NCBI GenBank assembly: GCA_000165345.1
Contig: CM000433.1
Coordinates: 544,001-608,000 of the forward strand
Length of the DNA stretch: 64,000 nt
Direction of reading: 5' to 3'
Position 1 is the stretch's first letter; the number at the start of each line of letters is the position of its first letter. The translations under genes were made by a program, and so were the position numbers. Below, piece after piece: positions 26,359 through 36,345 of this stretch. Under the pieces are notes generated by a model. The model saw only the letters and a program-made list of their open reading frames with translations, searched no databases and was not told the origin of the DNA.

Positions 26359-27456
26359 ATGATGTACAAGAATATGCCAGTAGATCTTGTACTTGTGAGA
26401 CATGGACAAAGTGAAGGTAACTTAGCTCAAAGGTTAGCAAGGCAAGGGGAATTACATACATGGACTGGAGAGTTTCGACGTAGACACAACAGTCAATATA
26501 GACTAACTGATAGAGGAAGAGCACAAGCGAGAATAGCTGGAGAATATATTAAGAACAATATTGGGTTTACTTTTGATAAATGTTTTACTTCAGAATATGT
26601 TAGAGCAATGGAAACTGCAGCAATGTTAGGTCTACCAAATGCATTATGGAATACAGATATATACTTAAGAGAGAGAGATAGAGGAGTATTGGCAAATAAA
26701 ACTCATCAAGAAAGAGTGTTATTGCATCCAGATGAAATGGTCAGGAAGCAGAGAAACGCATTTTATTGGCAACCCTCAGGAGGAGAATCTTTGGCGAATT
26801 TGTGCCTTAGAATTGAAAGAGTACTAGATAATTTGAGTCAAAATTGTGGAGGATTAAGAGTTATAATAGTTTGCCATGGAGGAGTAATTAAAAGTTTTAG
26901 AGCATTGCTTGAGAGTGAGAGAGGGGATGTAAATACTAAGATAAACAAAATTAATAATTGTCAGATTGTTTGGTATACTAGAAGAGATCCAGAAAAAGGT
27001 TCAATAGCGAATTCTTATAATTGGGTAAAGTCTGTATGTCCATGGGATCTTTCCTTATCATCAAACACTTGGAAACATATTCATAGACCAACTTTTACCA
27101 ATGAGGACTTATTACAAATCATTCAAAAAGTTCCCCAATTGGTAAATGCTCCTGTATTAGATATTATGGAGGATTCTGATAACTCAAGTCCGATCGAATT
27201 TTCTCCAAATCATGAAGGAAATAATAGTTCAGTTAAGAAAAATACAACAGCAGAAACAAGCGAAGAACTTTGTGAACATAATTTTAATGCTTCTACTAAT
27301 GGCTCCAAACAAAATATTTCTAATAGTGATTATACAGATGAAGAAATACTGGATGACTCAGATATACAAGAAGACGACGATCTCATTGATTTTAATCCTC
27401 AAATTTTTGTTAGTAAATATTTTAAAGATTACAATACTCAAGATAATATAGACTAA
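26359..27456 (+). CDS. Histidine phosphatase superfamily (phosphoglycerate mutase family) protein with an acidic C-terminal tail.
   Basis: Has the LVLVRHGQSEGN (RHG) motif near the N-terminus and a second conserved His region (IIVCHGGVI). The C-terminus is D/E/N-rich. Confidence 0.75.
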   Translation: MMYKNMPVDLVLVRHGQSEGNLAQRLARQGELHTWTGEFRRRHNSQYRLTDRGRAQARIAGEYIKNNIGFTFDKCFTSEYVRAMETAAMLGLPNALWNTDIYLRERDRGVLANKTHQERVLLHPDEMVRKQRNAFYWQPSGGESLANLCLRIERVLDNLSQNCGGLRVIIVCHGGVIKSFRALLESERGDVNTKINKINNCQIVWYTRRDPEKGSIANSYNWVKSVCPWDLSLSSNTWKHIHRPTFTNEDLLQIIQKVPQLVNAPVLDIMEDSDNSSPIEFSPNHEGNNSSVKKNTTAETSEELCEHNFNASTNGSKQNISNSDYTDEEILDDSDIQEDDDLIDFNPQIFVSKYFKDYNTQDNID

Positions 27457-27676
27457 GAAAAAACCTACTTAATTCTTCTTTCACTACTTTTTATTATTTG
27501 TTCTTCCCCCCAAGTCTGCGCATGCAGTTTGCACATGCATGCATTCTGCCACGTAAGATTGCGCGCGCATCCTAAATGAAATTGCATACAAGAATGAAGA
27601 AAAGATAAGTAAATAAATCTGTGAGTATAAATAGAAGCTGTGTGGTAGGGGAACAAAGGAATTAAATTTAATTATG

Positions 27677-29656
27677 TTATAGGTGAATTTTTTTCTTGTG
27701 TTTAGGGCAATTTGAAAATTCTAAAGAATCTGAAATTTGAGTTGTTTTTTGTCTTTTATTTGGTTTCTTGTTATTATTTGCATTTTCTATAAACGAATTA
27801 TTTTGTACATTAACATTAATATTTGTGTATTTGGCAACTAATTCAACTCCTGTTGTGCTATTGTTTGATTCTTTGAGATTAGAAATACAATCTTGAATTA
27901 CATCCTTAATTAGTTCTTTAACTCTTACTCTCCACATTGTACATGACTTGAAATCCTTTTGTTGGAAATTTTGTCCAATCATCTCAACTAAAATAAAAAC
28001 AGCTCTGGAAGATAGCATTTCCAAAAGTGACTTTTCAAATATAACTATAATAGTATTTCTAAAAGGGTCAAATTCAGATGAAATATTTGGTGGTAGCTCA
28101 TTAATTAATTTTAGAATAGAAACAAAAGCTCTGTGACCAGTATTATCTTTTAGAAGGTGGTAATTGTTAGTAATCAGTTTAGAAAGTAAATCATTTATAA
28201 GTTCAAGTACTTTATTATGATATTTCTGTCCAGATATTTCATTATTTTCTAAATAATATTGTATCAGGGCTAAAATAAGCTCTTTACCACTAACATTTAG
28301 AATAAGATTCTCCAGGATAGATTCTTGATCTTTTGAATTAAATAAAAGATTTTCTAAAGCAGGCAAACATATTTTATTCATTTCTTGAATTCTCACTTGC
28401 GTTGATTTTAAAGATGTAAAGGATTCCAAGCTTAAAGCCCAGTATTCATATTGAGTAAAGTTTCTAAGGCTTACTTGAGGAACTAATAAGTATGTGATTA
28501 ACTTAACAGAGAAAGAATTCATTAAAATCTGTCTGTTTAATTCTCCTTCAGAAATAAATGAATTCCAAATAATTTCATTTAGTATTTTTGTATCATCAGT
28601 TGTAGAAATTAATCTAAGTAATAATATATAATCAACAGGATTCATAGCTAAATCCATTATATCTTTCTTAATATTTTTAAGCAATTTCTTTCTTTGTTGA
28701 GCTTTTGCAAATCCAAGTAATACTACTAAAGAATCAACACCTTCTTTAGTACTTAGAAGACTATAGGATCCTTCAATAATCTGATCTAATAAAGAAGTCA
28801 AACAATTTTTCCCTTCTTGGGATATCTTTTCTAAAGATAAATGTTGGTTACTAATAGGAATCTTTTTTATAGTAACTTCATCATTTTTTTGTTCTTGATC
28901 ATCTAATTGGTAAAATGATATACAACATTTAATATAGTTCCAGATTAAAAGATGTACAAATGGTCTATCCAATAATTCTCCATCAACAAATTTTTGAATA
29001 TTTACAACAGAATTCTCCAAAACACTCATTTTTGCATTTTGATGTTCTAAATTTGAAAAGAAAGTTACAAAAGAACGATTCTTTGATTTAGAATCTCCTC
29101 CATTTGTGGTATAAAACTGAGCCAATTTTGTACTTAAGATTCGGAATAATATTTCATTCTTAATACTTTCCCAGGATTCACTTGGATTTCTTTTTTCACT
29201 GAATACATGCCCAAAGACTTTTGATCCATATTTTGAATAACCAAGTTGGTCAAATTTAGCAAGTAGTTCATCTCTTATGGTTTTTCTGATTTCTGGAGAA
29301 CCATAATTATACATTTTTTCAACCATCTTACTGGAATGGCTATCAATTGAAAGCTCCACTAAATAGTTCTTCATCTTTTCAAAGATGGCTTTTCTATATG
29401 TATTTGAACCCCATTTGAGGATAGATTGAATTCCTCTTGAATACACAGGTTTGCGACAAATCTGCAAAAATTTAGCTTTAATTAAGTTCCATAATTTTTC
29501 AATAACTTCTTGAGTTTCTTTCTCTTTTACTGATTTTTCTGTGTCTTTTCCAACTGTTTGAAGTAGGTTACTATATAATGTTTTAAATTCCTTATCCAAA
29601 GGGTCAGATCCCTTTTTCAAGGTTTTCTTGGTTGTTTTTTCATTCTTGTTTTCCAT
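27677..29656 (-). CDS. Probable nucleolar Puf-A/PUM3 (Puf6)-like RNA-binding protein, with a K-rich N-terminus followed by degenerate Pumilio/armadillo-like repeats.
   Basis: 659 aa. Has repeated helical units with ...YSRGIQSILKWG..., ...KMVEKMYNYGS... and ...HRAFVSILKLI..., resembling PUM3/CPL-domain repeats. The assignment is by pattern only. Confidence 0.4.
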   Translation of the reverse strand: MENKNEKTTKKTLKKGSDPLDKEFKTLYSNLLQTVGKDTEKSVKEKETQEVIEKLWNLIKAKFLQICRKPVYSRGIQSILKWGSNTYRKAIFEKMKNYLVELSIDSHSSKMVEKMYNYGSPEIRKTIRDELLAKFDQLGYSKYGSKVFGHVFSEKRNPSESWESIKNEILFRILSTKLAQFYTTNGGDSKSKNRSFVTFFSNLEHQNAKMSVLENSVVNIQKFVDGELLDRPFVHLLIWNYIKCCISFYQLDDQEQKNDEVTIKKIPISNQHLSLEKISQEGKNCLTSLLDQIIEGSYSLLSTKEGVDSLVVLLGFAKAQQRKKLLKNIKKDIMDLAMNPVDYILLLRLISTTDDTKILNEIIWNSFISEGELNRQILMNSFSVKLITYLLVPQVSLRNFTQYEYWALSLESFTSLKSTQVRIQEMNKICLPALENLLFNSKDQESILENLILNVSGKELILALIQYYLENNEISGQKYHNKVLELINDLLSKLITNNYHLLKDNTGHRAFVSILKLINELPPNISSEFDPFRNTIIVIFEKSLLEMLSSRAVFILVEMIGQNFQQKDFKSCTMWRVRVKELIKDVIQDCISNLKESNNSTTGVELVAKYTNINVNVQNNSFIENANNNKKPNKRQKTTQISDSLEFSNCPKHKKKIHL

Positions 29657-29986
29657 TTATGTATATTATTTCACTTATTCTTTACTTTTTTTTTAAATAA
29701 TTTATTAATTATTCTTTTTTCTGCTATTACAAGCTGGCTTTGTCAAGCTTTGACTAGTTCCTTATTAGAACAACTTTGCCAGTTGTTAATCGTATAAATT
29801 AAAAAGAATGAAGAGTATTGATTATATTGTCACTTTTGTAACCTTCAACCCTAACTTGAAATCAAAATTACTTTGAAGATAAATTTTCCAACTTTCCGAA
29901 AGTTTTTTTTTTTTTGTATTTAAAATTTTACTACATATTTACGCCGGTATAGAAAAATGAATAATCACAAATTTAAAGTGGGTAGT

Positions 29987-30006
29987 TGGCGCCGAATTTG
30001 GCGCTC
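29987..30006. promoter_or_regulatory. E2F-like sites TTGGCGCCGAATTTGGCGCTC in the divergent promoter between the PUM3-like(-) and uL30-family(+) genes.
   Basis: GGCGCC and GGCGCT cores 10 nt apart. A CGCCGGTATAG TACCGG-type motif lies at 29942. Confidence 0.5.
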
Positions 30007-30263
30007 AATCTGTAAGTAAAAAAATGACATTTTGATTAAATAAGCAAGAAAATTGGTTAAAGAACTAAATATTTAGAGAAATTAATTGTTTGGTTTCTGT
30101 TGAAAAGCTTAATTTTATAAATTTACGAACAATTTGAGAAGACTAAGAGGAGAGATTGTTTTATTAAGGAATTGAAATTAAATTCTCTAAAATTAAGCTT
30201 AAAAACTTAGGATTAAAATAAGGTAAATATAATAAAAATAAGTAAATTTAAGTTATAAAAAGG

Positions 30264-31070
30264 ATGGAAGAGAAACATATTTTGAAACCAAGAAATGATG
30301 GTGAGAGTTTGAAAATAGCAGAAGGAATATTACGCCGTAGAAAGATTGTTGACACTGATAGAAGACTTAAATATAGAGAAGAAAGGAGAAAGATTAAAAA
30401 AGAGTTACATAAGCCAGAAATTCAAACATTACAGAGAATTCTTAAAAAATCTAGGAATAATATTCTTGATAAGAGAAGACTTAAGAATAAGGATAAGAAG
30501 CCATATCTAACTCCAAAGAAGACTAATGGTAGGCTTATAGTATTGGTGGTGAGAAATAGTCGATTTTGTGGATCACTAGAATCAAACAGAAAACTTCGTG
30601 ATTTAGGACTGGTGAACAAATTTTCTGCAGTAATTTTGAGTCATACTGATGAGACAATTCGTGTTTTGAGGGAAGTAAAGCCCTATGTTTTTTATGGATT
30701 TCCTAATTTAAATTTATTAAAGACTCTAGTTTTTAAAAAAGGAGCATTTACTCATCAAAATGTCCAATCAAAAGGTCAAAGTAGAGCAAAATTATCCGAA
30801 AAAAAACAAGGAAAAGTTCTTCTTACTGATAATAACATTGTAGAAGATAGACTTGGTGAAATTGGTGTTTTATGTACTGAAGATATTGTTACTGGGCTAT
30901 GGAATGGTTGTGAGACTCAACAGGATAAGGAAATATTTGAAGCTATTACAAGCAATCTTGCTCCTTTTCAGCTTTGTAATTTAAAGAGAGCGGAAGGATT
31001 CGATGCTAAGAAATTTGAGAGTGGATTTCTTGGAAAAAGTATTAATGAAAAAATCAGCAAAATTATTTAG
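30264..31070 (+). CDS. Ribosomal protein L7/uL30-family protein. It is divergent, and more likely the nucleolar biogenesis paralog (Rlp7-like) than cytosolic RPL7.
   Basis: Has a K/R-rich N-terminal extension. The uL30 core region reads ...LIVLVVRNSRF...RVLREVKPYVFYGFPNLNLLKTLVFKKGAF...GVLCTEDIVTGLWNG...APFQLCNLKRAEGF. It aligns with L7 (EPYIAWGYPNLKSV...ICMEDLIHEI...WPFKLSSP), but with many substitutions. Confidence 0.55.
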   Translation: MEEKHILKPRNDGESLKIAEGILRRRKIVDTDRRLKYREERRKIKKELHKPEIQTLQRILKKSRNNILDKRRLKNKDKKPYLTPKKTNGRLIVLVVRNSRFCGSLESNRKLRDLGLVNKFSAVILSHTDETIRVLREVKPYVFYGFPNLNLLKTLVFKKGAFTHQNVQSKGQSRAKLSEKKQGKVLLTDNNIVEDRLGEIGVLCTEDIVTGLWNGCETQQDKEIFEAITSNLAPFQLCNLKRAEGFDAKKFESGFLGKSINEKISKII

Positions 31071-32212
31071 TTACTTAAGTTCATTATACACTTCTATTCA
31101 ACATTGTTGGGGCTAGTTGCTCGATACTGATACTTCGACGGTAAATCTACTAATATCATAACTACTACTATAACTGTAGGTACTTCAAGAAATCAACTTT
31201 TTCTCAAAATATTTGCCTCTCACTATTAAAGAGCTTATATATATACATATATGCATGCATGCATGCATATATCCTACAACTGTGACAATCTTGACCAGAA
31301 CCTATTCTAATACCGAAGATTTTCTAACCTTTCTATATTGGCCACTCTCCCCCCCTCGTGTTGTTACTATCCTACTCTCAGTAGTTTATTTTATAATTTT
31401 CACTTTTAACCCACTCCCCCCTCCCCTTTCCTTTTCTTTCTCTCTTTAGACTCGTCCTCTCTCTTCCTTTTATTACCAGTGCTTCAACTCATGCGCCATA
31501 TGTGCCCCCGCCTATTTGAACGCGGGCAAGTGCCGCATGTGCCCGCCCATTTCTTTAATTGAAATAATAAGTATAAATAGGCAAAAAAGAAAACATGACA
31601 AGGCTCCCGTCTCGAGACGTGAAGTGCAGGTCATGAGGAGGGGTATATACGCAACAAAATACATTATAAGGTACATACTGGAGTGTAGCAGATCACAAAT
31701 GGCTGGGGGGACAGCCCGAAGGATTGGCCAGGGAGATCAATAATTAAAGTTTACAACTAATGTTGAATTTTGGACAAAACGAGTGAAGATCATCGTTTAA
31801 ATGCTGTGAAGCACAGTATGTGCTAACGTCTCTTGAGTCATAGAGAGAATGTAAAGAAGATTAAGGTTACTGATTCGATACTTGATAACGAAGAAGCTAA
31901 CATTGGAATATCTAGATTGAAGCAGGAAAGTAATATTGTGCGTGTAAGGTGAATAGGATCTAGGTAATTAAGAATTTGGACTTTTAATAAGGATAACATA
32001 AACGCATTATACTGCGTAAAGTGCCTTCAATTAGAATAAAGAGGACGATATATTTTTATACCTATACCGTTTATTGTCAATATTAAAGAGAAAAAAAAGC
32101 AGGAAGTGTCATTTCAAGTTTGGCCTCGCTTTTTTTTTTTCTCAACCCATTCAAATATTCAATTTGCTATTTTAACCTAAATAGTCTGAACAGAGATCGT
32201 CGTTAATTTCAC

Positions 32213-34426
32213 ATGAATTCAAGAATGTTTGCCACTCCTAGACCACGTCCACAGTTTGCAAATTCATCAACACTTGGTGGTCTAGAATTTGACCAGAAGC
32301 AAATTTCATCAACATCTACTACTACTACTACACCTTCAACATCGTCCTCAAATTCCATATCAACGCCTTGCATAGCGTCCATAATTGATGGAACCTCTAC
32401 GTTTGGCACAGATCAAAACTACTTTGATGAAATTTCCAGTATGATCGATAATTCTCACCTAGAAACTCCCCAAACTTGTAGACTTGGAAATGCTTCCCAT
32501 ATTCTTAGAATCCCCAAACAAGGTGTCGGAAACATGGGATGTGGCACCATACACGACATTTTAGGCCAAACAAACTGTCCTATGGATATCAGCAATAAGG
32601 TACTCTTAGCCAAAGAGCAACACTCTAGTGTGAAAGAGCATCAACCAAATGGGAATCACTCAACTGGAGCTTTGGGTGGAGCAGCAATGATGAGTATATT
32701 TTCTTCTCCGAAGTCATTCGTCTGTACTCTTTCTTCTACTAGATCAACTTCGGCCCCATACACTCCTACAGTTGTAGATGAGTGTTCACCTCCATGTAGC
32801 CTCCCAGCACCACCAGGATCTGACCCTTTTACTATTTCAGGGTTTGGGCCTGAATCTACATCTACTGATCCAATATCAGGTGACTTTTCAGCCCCACTTC
32901 TTAATTACCTCAATGATGGACTCAGCTCCGATTCCTGGGGGAGCTTCCTCCCCTACTCAAAGATCACCGATTACTGCTTTGAAAACTCCCCGGATAATGT
33001 TATCCTAAACGGTAACGGCAATTGCAGGGGTAGTAGCAGTAGTAGTAGCAGCAGCAGCACCAGTGGTGGTAATGTCAACAGCAATAACAATAGTAATAAT
33101 AACAACGCTAGTAACAGCAACAATAATAGCAATAACAATATCAACATCAACAATGGCCATGGAGGCTCTGTAACTTCCACACTTCCTTCAGGCATTTGCA
33201 GTGGCATCAACCCTAGTAAATGGGGGGGAAGCGTTTTACCTAAATCAAATGGCGTCACCACGCCTGGAGCTGGAGGCAAACACACTACAAGCACAACTGC
33301 CACTACCGTCGCCGCCTCTGCCACCACCACCACCACCCCATCTTCCCCCTCTTCTGTTATCTTATCATCTAAAGCAAATGAACTCCTGGATTATATACTC
33401 ATGAGTATCGTCAAAGATAATGGACACACCGGAAATGTTTTCGAGCAAGCGTCCCAAATACTAAGCTCCACTGCTGCTCTACTAGCAACCAGATTCAACA
33501 AGGAGGTCCCGAACTTCCAATCCAATAATAATAATCACCACCACTCTACGATACCATCTAATTCATCGAATTCCAACTCTGGAAATGGAAACTGGAGCCC
33601 CACCACACTTGGTGTAGGAGGACCCAACTTTGCCGCCCCGACTATGCTTGCACACCCTGACGAGTTCAAAAATCCTTCATCTTTTCTCAAAATCTATGGT
33701 GATCCACTCTGTGGAAAACAACCCTCTAATGGGAGCCAGAACCCGCCTCTAATGGGAGCTTTGAGCGGGGCACCGCATGAATTTCAGGCGGGAGTGAATG
33801 GGGCGGGTTTTGCGAATGCCAACCCCATGAAAGGGCAGAATGGGAATTGGGCATGTTGCAAATGCAGTAATGTCAACTTTCCACGACGCTTTAGATGCTT
33901 CAAATGCGGAGAGTACCGAGATGAAATTGGGGATAAGATCGTCGCAGAGTATGCCAAGCACGTGTATTTACATCATCTCAAGGCCTATAGGTCTTTTAAT
34001 AATGGGAATACAGGTGGCAACTCAGGTAGCAGCAGTACTGGTAATAATAATAATAGTAACAGTACTTGTACTAATACTAATTCCCAGTCGACCTTGGGCT
34101 CAGGTTCGGGTAGAAATGGAATGGTTTCAAATATCCAATCCAGCTTTAATGAAGGCTTACAACCTGTATTTGTCCAGCGAAGTAATAGCAATAGTGGCTT
34201 CATTGCCACAAACCTACCTTCGAATCTAAACTACAACGACTCCAATGGAGGACATCTTAATAACTCTAAGCAATTGAATAACCAAATTTGTTCCGATGGA
34301 ATTAATAACAGTACTTGCTCTACCAGCTCCTCTACAAGCGTGTCTCCAGTGGGTTCGGCCTCAACATCATGCCAGTCAACAAATAAGAAGCAATCCTCCT
34401 CGAAGGTTATGTCAGTTAATTTATAG
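32213..34426 (+). CDS. S/T/N-rich low-complexity protein with a C-terminal RanBP2-type zinc finger.
   Basis: 737 aa with long poly-S, poly-N and poly-T runs. WACCKCSNVNFPRRFRCFKCG matches the W-x-C-x2-C-x3-N-x6-C-x2-C RanBP2 ZnF pattern. The 5' flank is unusually GC-rich. Confidence 0.6.
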   Translation: MNSRMFATPRPRPQFANSSTLGGLEFDQKQISSTSTTTTTPSTSSSNSISTPCIASIIDGTSTFGTDQNYFDEISSMIDNSHLETPQTCRLGNASHILRIPKQGVGNMGCGTIHDILGQTNCPMDISNKVLLAKEQHSSVKEHQPNGNHSTGALGGAAMMSIFSSPKSFVCTLSSTRSTSAPYTPTVVDECSPPCSLPAPPGSDPFTISGFGPESTSTDPISGDFSAPLLNYLNDGLSSDSWGSFLPYSKITDYCFENSPDNVILNGNGNCRGSSSSSSSSSTSGGNVNSNNNSNNNNASNSNNNSNNNININNGHGGSVTSTLPSGICSGINPSKWGGSVLPKSNGVTTPGAGGKHTTSTTATTVAASATTTTTPSSPSSVILSSKANELLDYILMSIVKDNGHTGNVFEQASQILSSTAALLATRFNKEVPNFQSNNNNHHHSTIPSNSSNSNSGNGNWSPTTLGVGGPNFAAPTMLAHPDEFKNPSSFLKIYGDPLCGKQPSNGSQNPPLMGALSGAPHEFQAGVNGAGFANANPMKGQNGNWACCKCSNVNFPRRFRCFKCGEYRDEIGDKIVAEYAKHVYLHHLKAYRSFNNGNTGGNSGSSSTGNNNNSNSTCTNTNSQSTLGSGSGRNGMVSNIQSSFNEGLQPVFVQRSNSNSGFIATNLPSNLNYNDSNGGHLNNSKQLNNQICSDGINNSTCSTSSSTSVSPVGSASTSCQSTNKKQSSSKVMSVNL

Positions 34427-35375
34427 AGTAGGAACTTTCAAATCCCCAATCTGATTGTCGCCTCTCTGCATTTACTCATCCTTATTTTACACCATGCACT
34501 CGCCTTTTATGCTATAGACCACTTCCGATTATCTCTCTTCCCACACAACCCCCAAGATCTGAAGATTATGAATGAGAATGTATGAATGAATGAATGAACG
34601 AACAAACAAACAAACAAACAAACAGACGAGAGTAGAAGAGAGTCATAGTTAAGTCATTACATGTGCTGATACATAAATATATTTCACATACAAAAAGAAA
34701 TTACACCACGGAAGGCTTGCTCAATTGTGGCCAGCATGGTATATTTTAACATTCACTTGTTTATTTGACCTATGGGGGGAAGAATAATTTTGGCTATTTA
34801 TGTATGCATACACGTAATGCTCGCATGCATGCAATTATGTGGACATAATTACGTGTATAATGTATGTGCTAAAGTATACCGGCAATTATTGATACACGGT
34901 TCATTTCATGGTAATTTTAGCTGGTTTGAATCTAGCAAAGTTTCTGGATTATCTTTCCAATTGTTAGTTTCTATTCTGAGAAAATTTGTATATCATTACT
35001 CAGCTATAAACACGAGGTCATTCTTCCCATGATATAATTTGTGGGGCTGTCATATCATTCATTCAAAGGCTCACTCAGGTCACAAATATTTCATTCCCCG
35101 CCAAAGTGTTTCCAATTGCCTTATTCCTTTGAGTCTTTTCTGGGATAAGGAACCCTCCCCCAATTTCTAGTAGGTATTTAGCGTTCTTTTTCCTTATGGC
35201 TTGTTTAATTTTTTTTACTTTTTTCTTTTTTATTTAGTCTTTGTTGACAGGACTTTCCCCCCTATACTCACTTTTGAAGGGGGGAGTAGTTCTCTTGAAT
35301 TTTTATTACCCGCCTTTATATACGATTTTTGTCTGAAAACGACCAGAAAGAAAAGTTAGGTAAAGTTAAGCTAAT

Positions 35376-35798
35376 ATGAAGTTAAGACTGAAAAAGTTGC
35401 TTTTACTCCTCTCTAATGCCCTAATTCCAGGATCAGGACCTCTCTTTTATGGAATATCAAATATCTCAATCTTTGGAATTATCTCTGGTATTGCGATCCT
35501 TTTTGCCTTTGCTTTTGTGATACTTATTGCTCTTAATGGGGAGTTCTTCTCGTATGAAACTTATAATAATATTTTTTTAGCCTTATTTCACAGATATAAT
35601 GGGCATAAGCTAGAGAAAGCTCTTTGGACTATATTGTTTATTATATTGGTCTCCACACTTACACTATATGGTTACCTTGTTTACTTATCCTACAAAATTA
35701 CCCTAAGCCTTAATAAAAATATTCAAATTGATATCAAACAAAATTCTAAAGATGGTAGAGAACCTAAATGCACAAAATCCTGTCAAACTAATGCTTAA
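35376..35798 (+). CDS. Small (140 aa) membrane protein with two or three predicted TM helices. Function unknown.
   Basis: Hydrophobic segments are IFGIISGIAILFAFAFVILIAL and ALWTILFIILVSTLTLYGYLVYL. There is no recognisable motif. Confidence 0.35.
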   Translation: MKLRLKKLLLLLSNALIPGSGPLFYGISNISIFGIISGIAILFAFAFVILIALNGEFFSYETYNNIFLALFHRYNGHKLEKALWTILFIILVSTLTLYGYLVYLSYKITLSLNKNIQIDIKQNSKDGREPKCTKSCQTNA

Positions 35799-35944
35799 GA
35801 AATGATCAAAAAGATATTCAATAACTGTTACAATCATAACACTAAAATCTTGCTACCAAACTGACTTCCACCGCCACTACTACTATCAACACCACTCCCA
35901 CCACCATAACCCTCGTATTCTTTTTAATGTTTTTCTATAACAAA

Positions 35945-35969
35945 CATTTCCCGCCATTCGCGCGCCATT
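35945..35969. promoter_or_regulatory. Tandem E2F-like sites TTTCCCGCCATTCGCGCGCCATTTT. A further AAGGCGGGCAATTTGGCGAAG site lies at 36053-36073, upstream of the 36346 gene.
   Basis: These are reverse-complement GGCGGGAAA and GGCGCGCGA cores. Confidence 0.5.
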
Positions 35970-36345
35970 TTAAATTTATTAACTATGTATGTGTGTGTAA
36001 TGCCTTTTAGGAAGTGCAAGTTTAGTTTGGGTTACTTTTAGTTCGAGGTTTAAGGCGGGCAATTTGGCGAAGTTAATAGTGCCGGTACTGGGAAGAATAC
36101 CGTCCGGTTGCAAATGTGCATCGCGTGGGGAAAATATTGAAAATAGATTTTAAGTTTTTAGTTGTAGAATATAGAGTAAATTTTGCGAGTAATATTATTT
36201 TAAAAGTTTTCTCCCCTTACTCTTTTTCGTACTTTTTTTGAAACAAAATAAATATTCGTTGGCTCAAAAAGGTGCAAAACTAGGAAAAGTGATTACTAAT
36301 TAATGAAAAATATATAGAATAGCACTATAACAAAGAGAGCATAAG

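Noticed and set aside
32778-34229. Several 60-130-aa ORFs on both strands inside the RanBP2-ZnF gene (32778, 32971-, 33201, 33749-, 33840, 33985-).
   Set aside because: They are alternative-frame readings of low-complexity AGC/AAC/ACC repeats. The long + frame with the zinc finger is the real gene.
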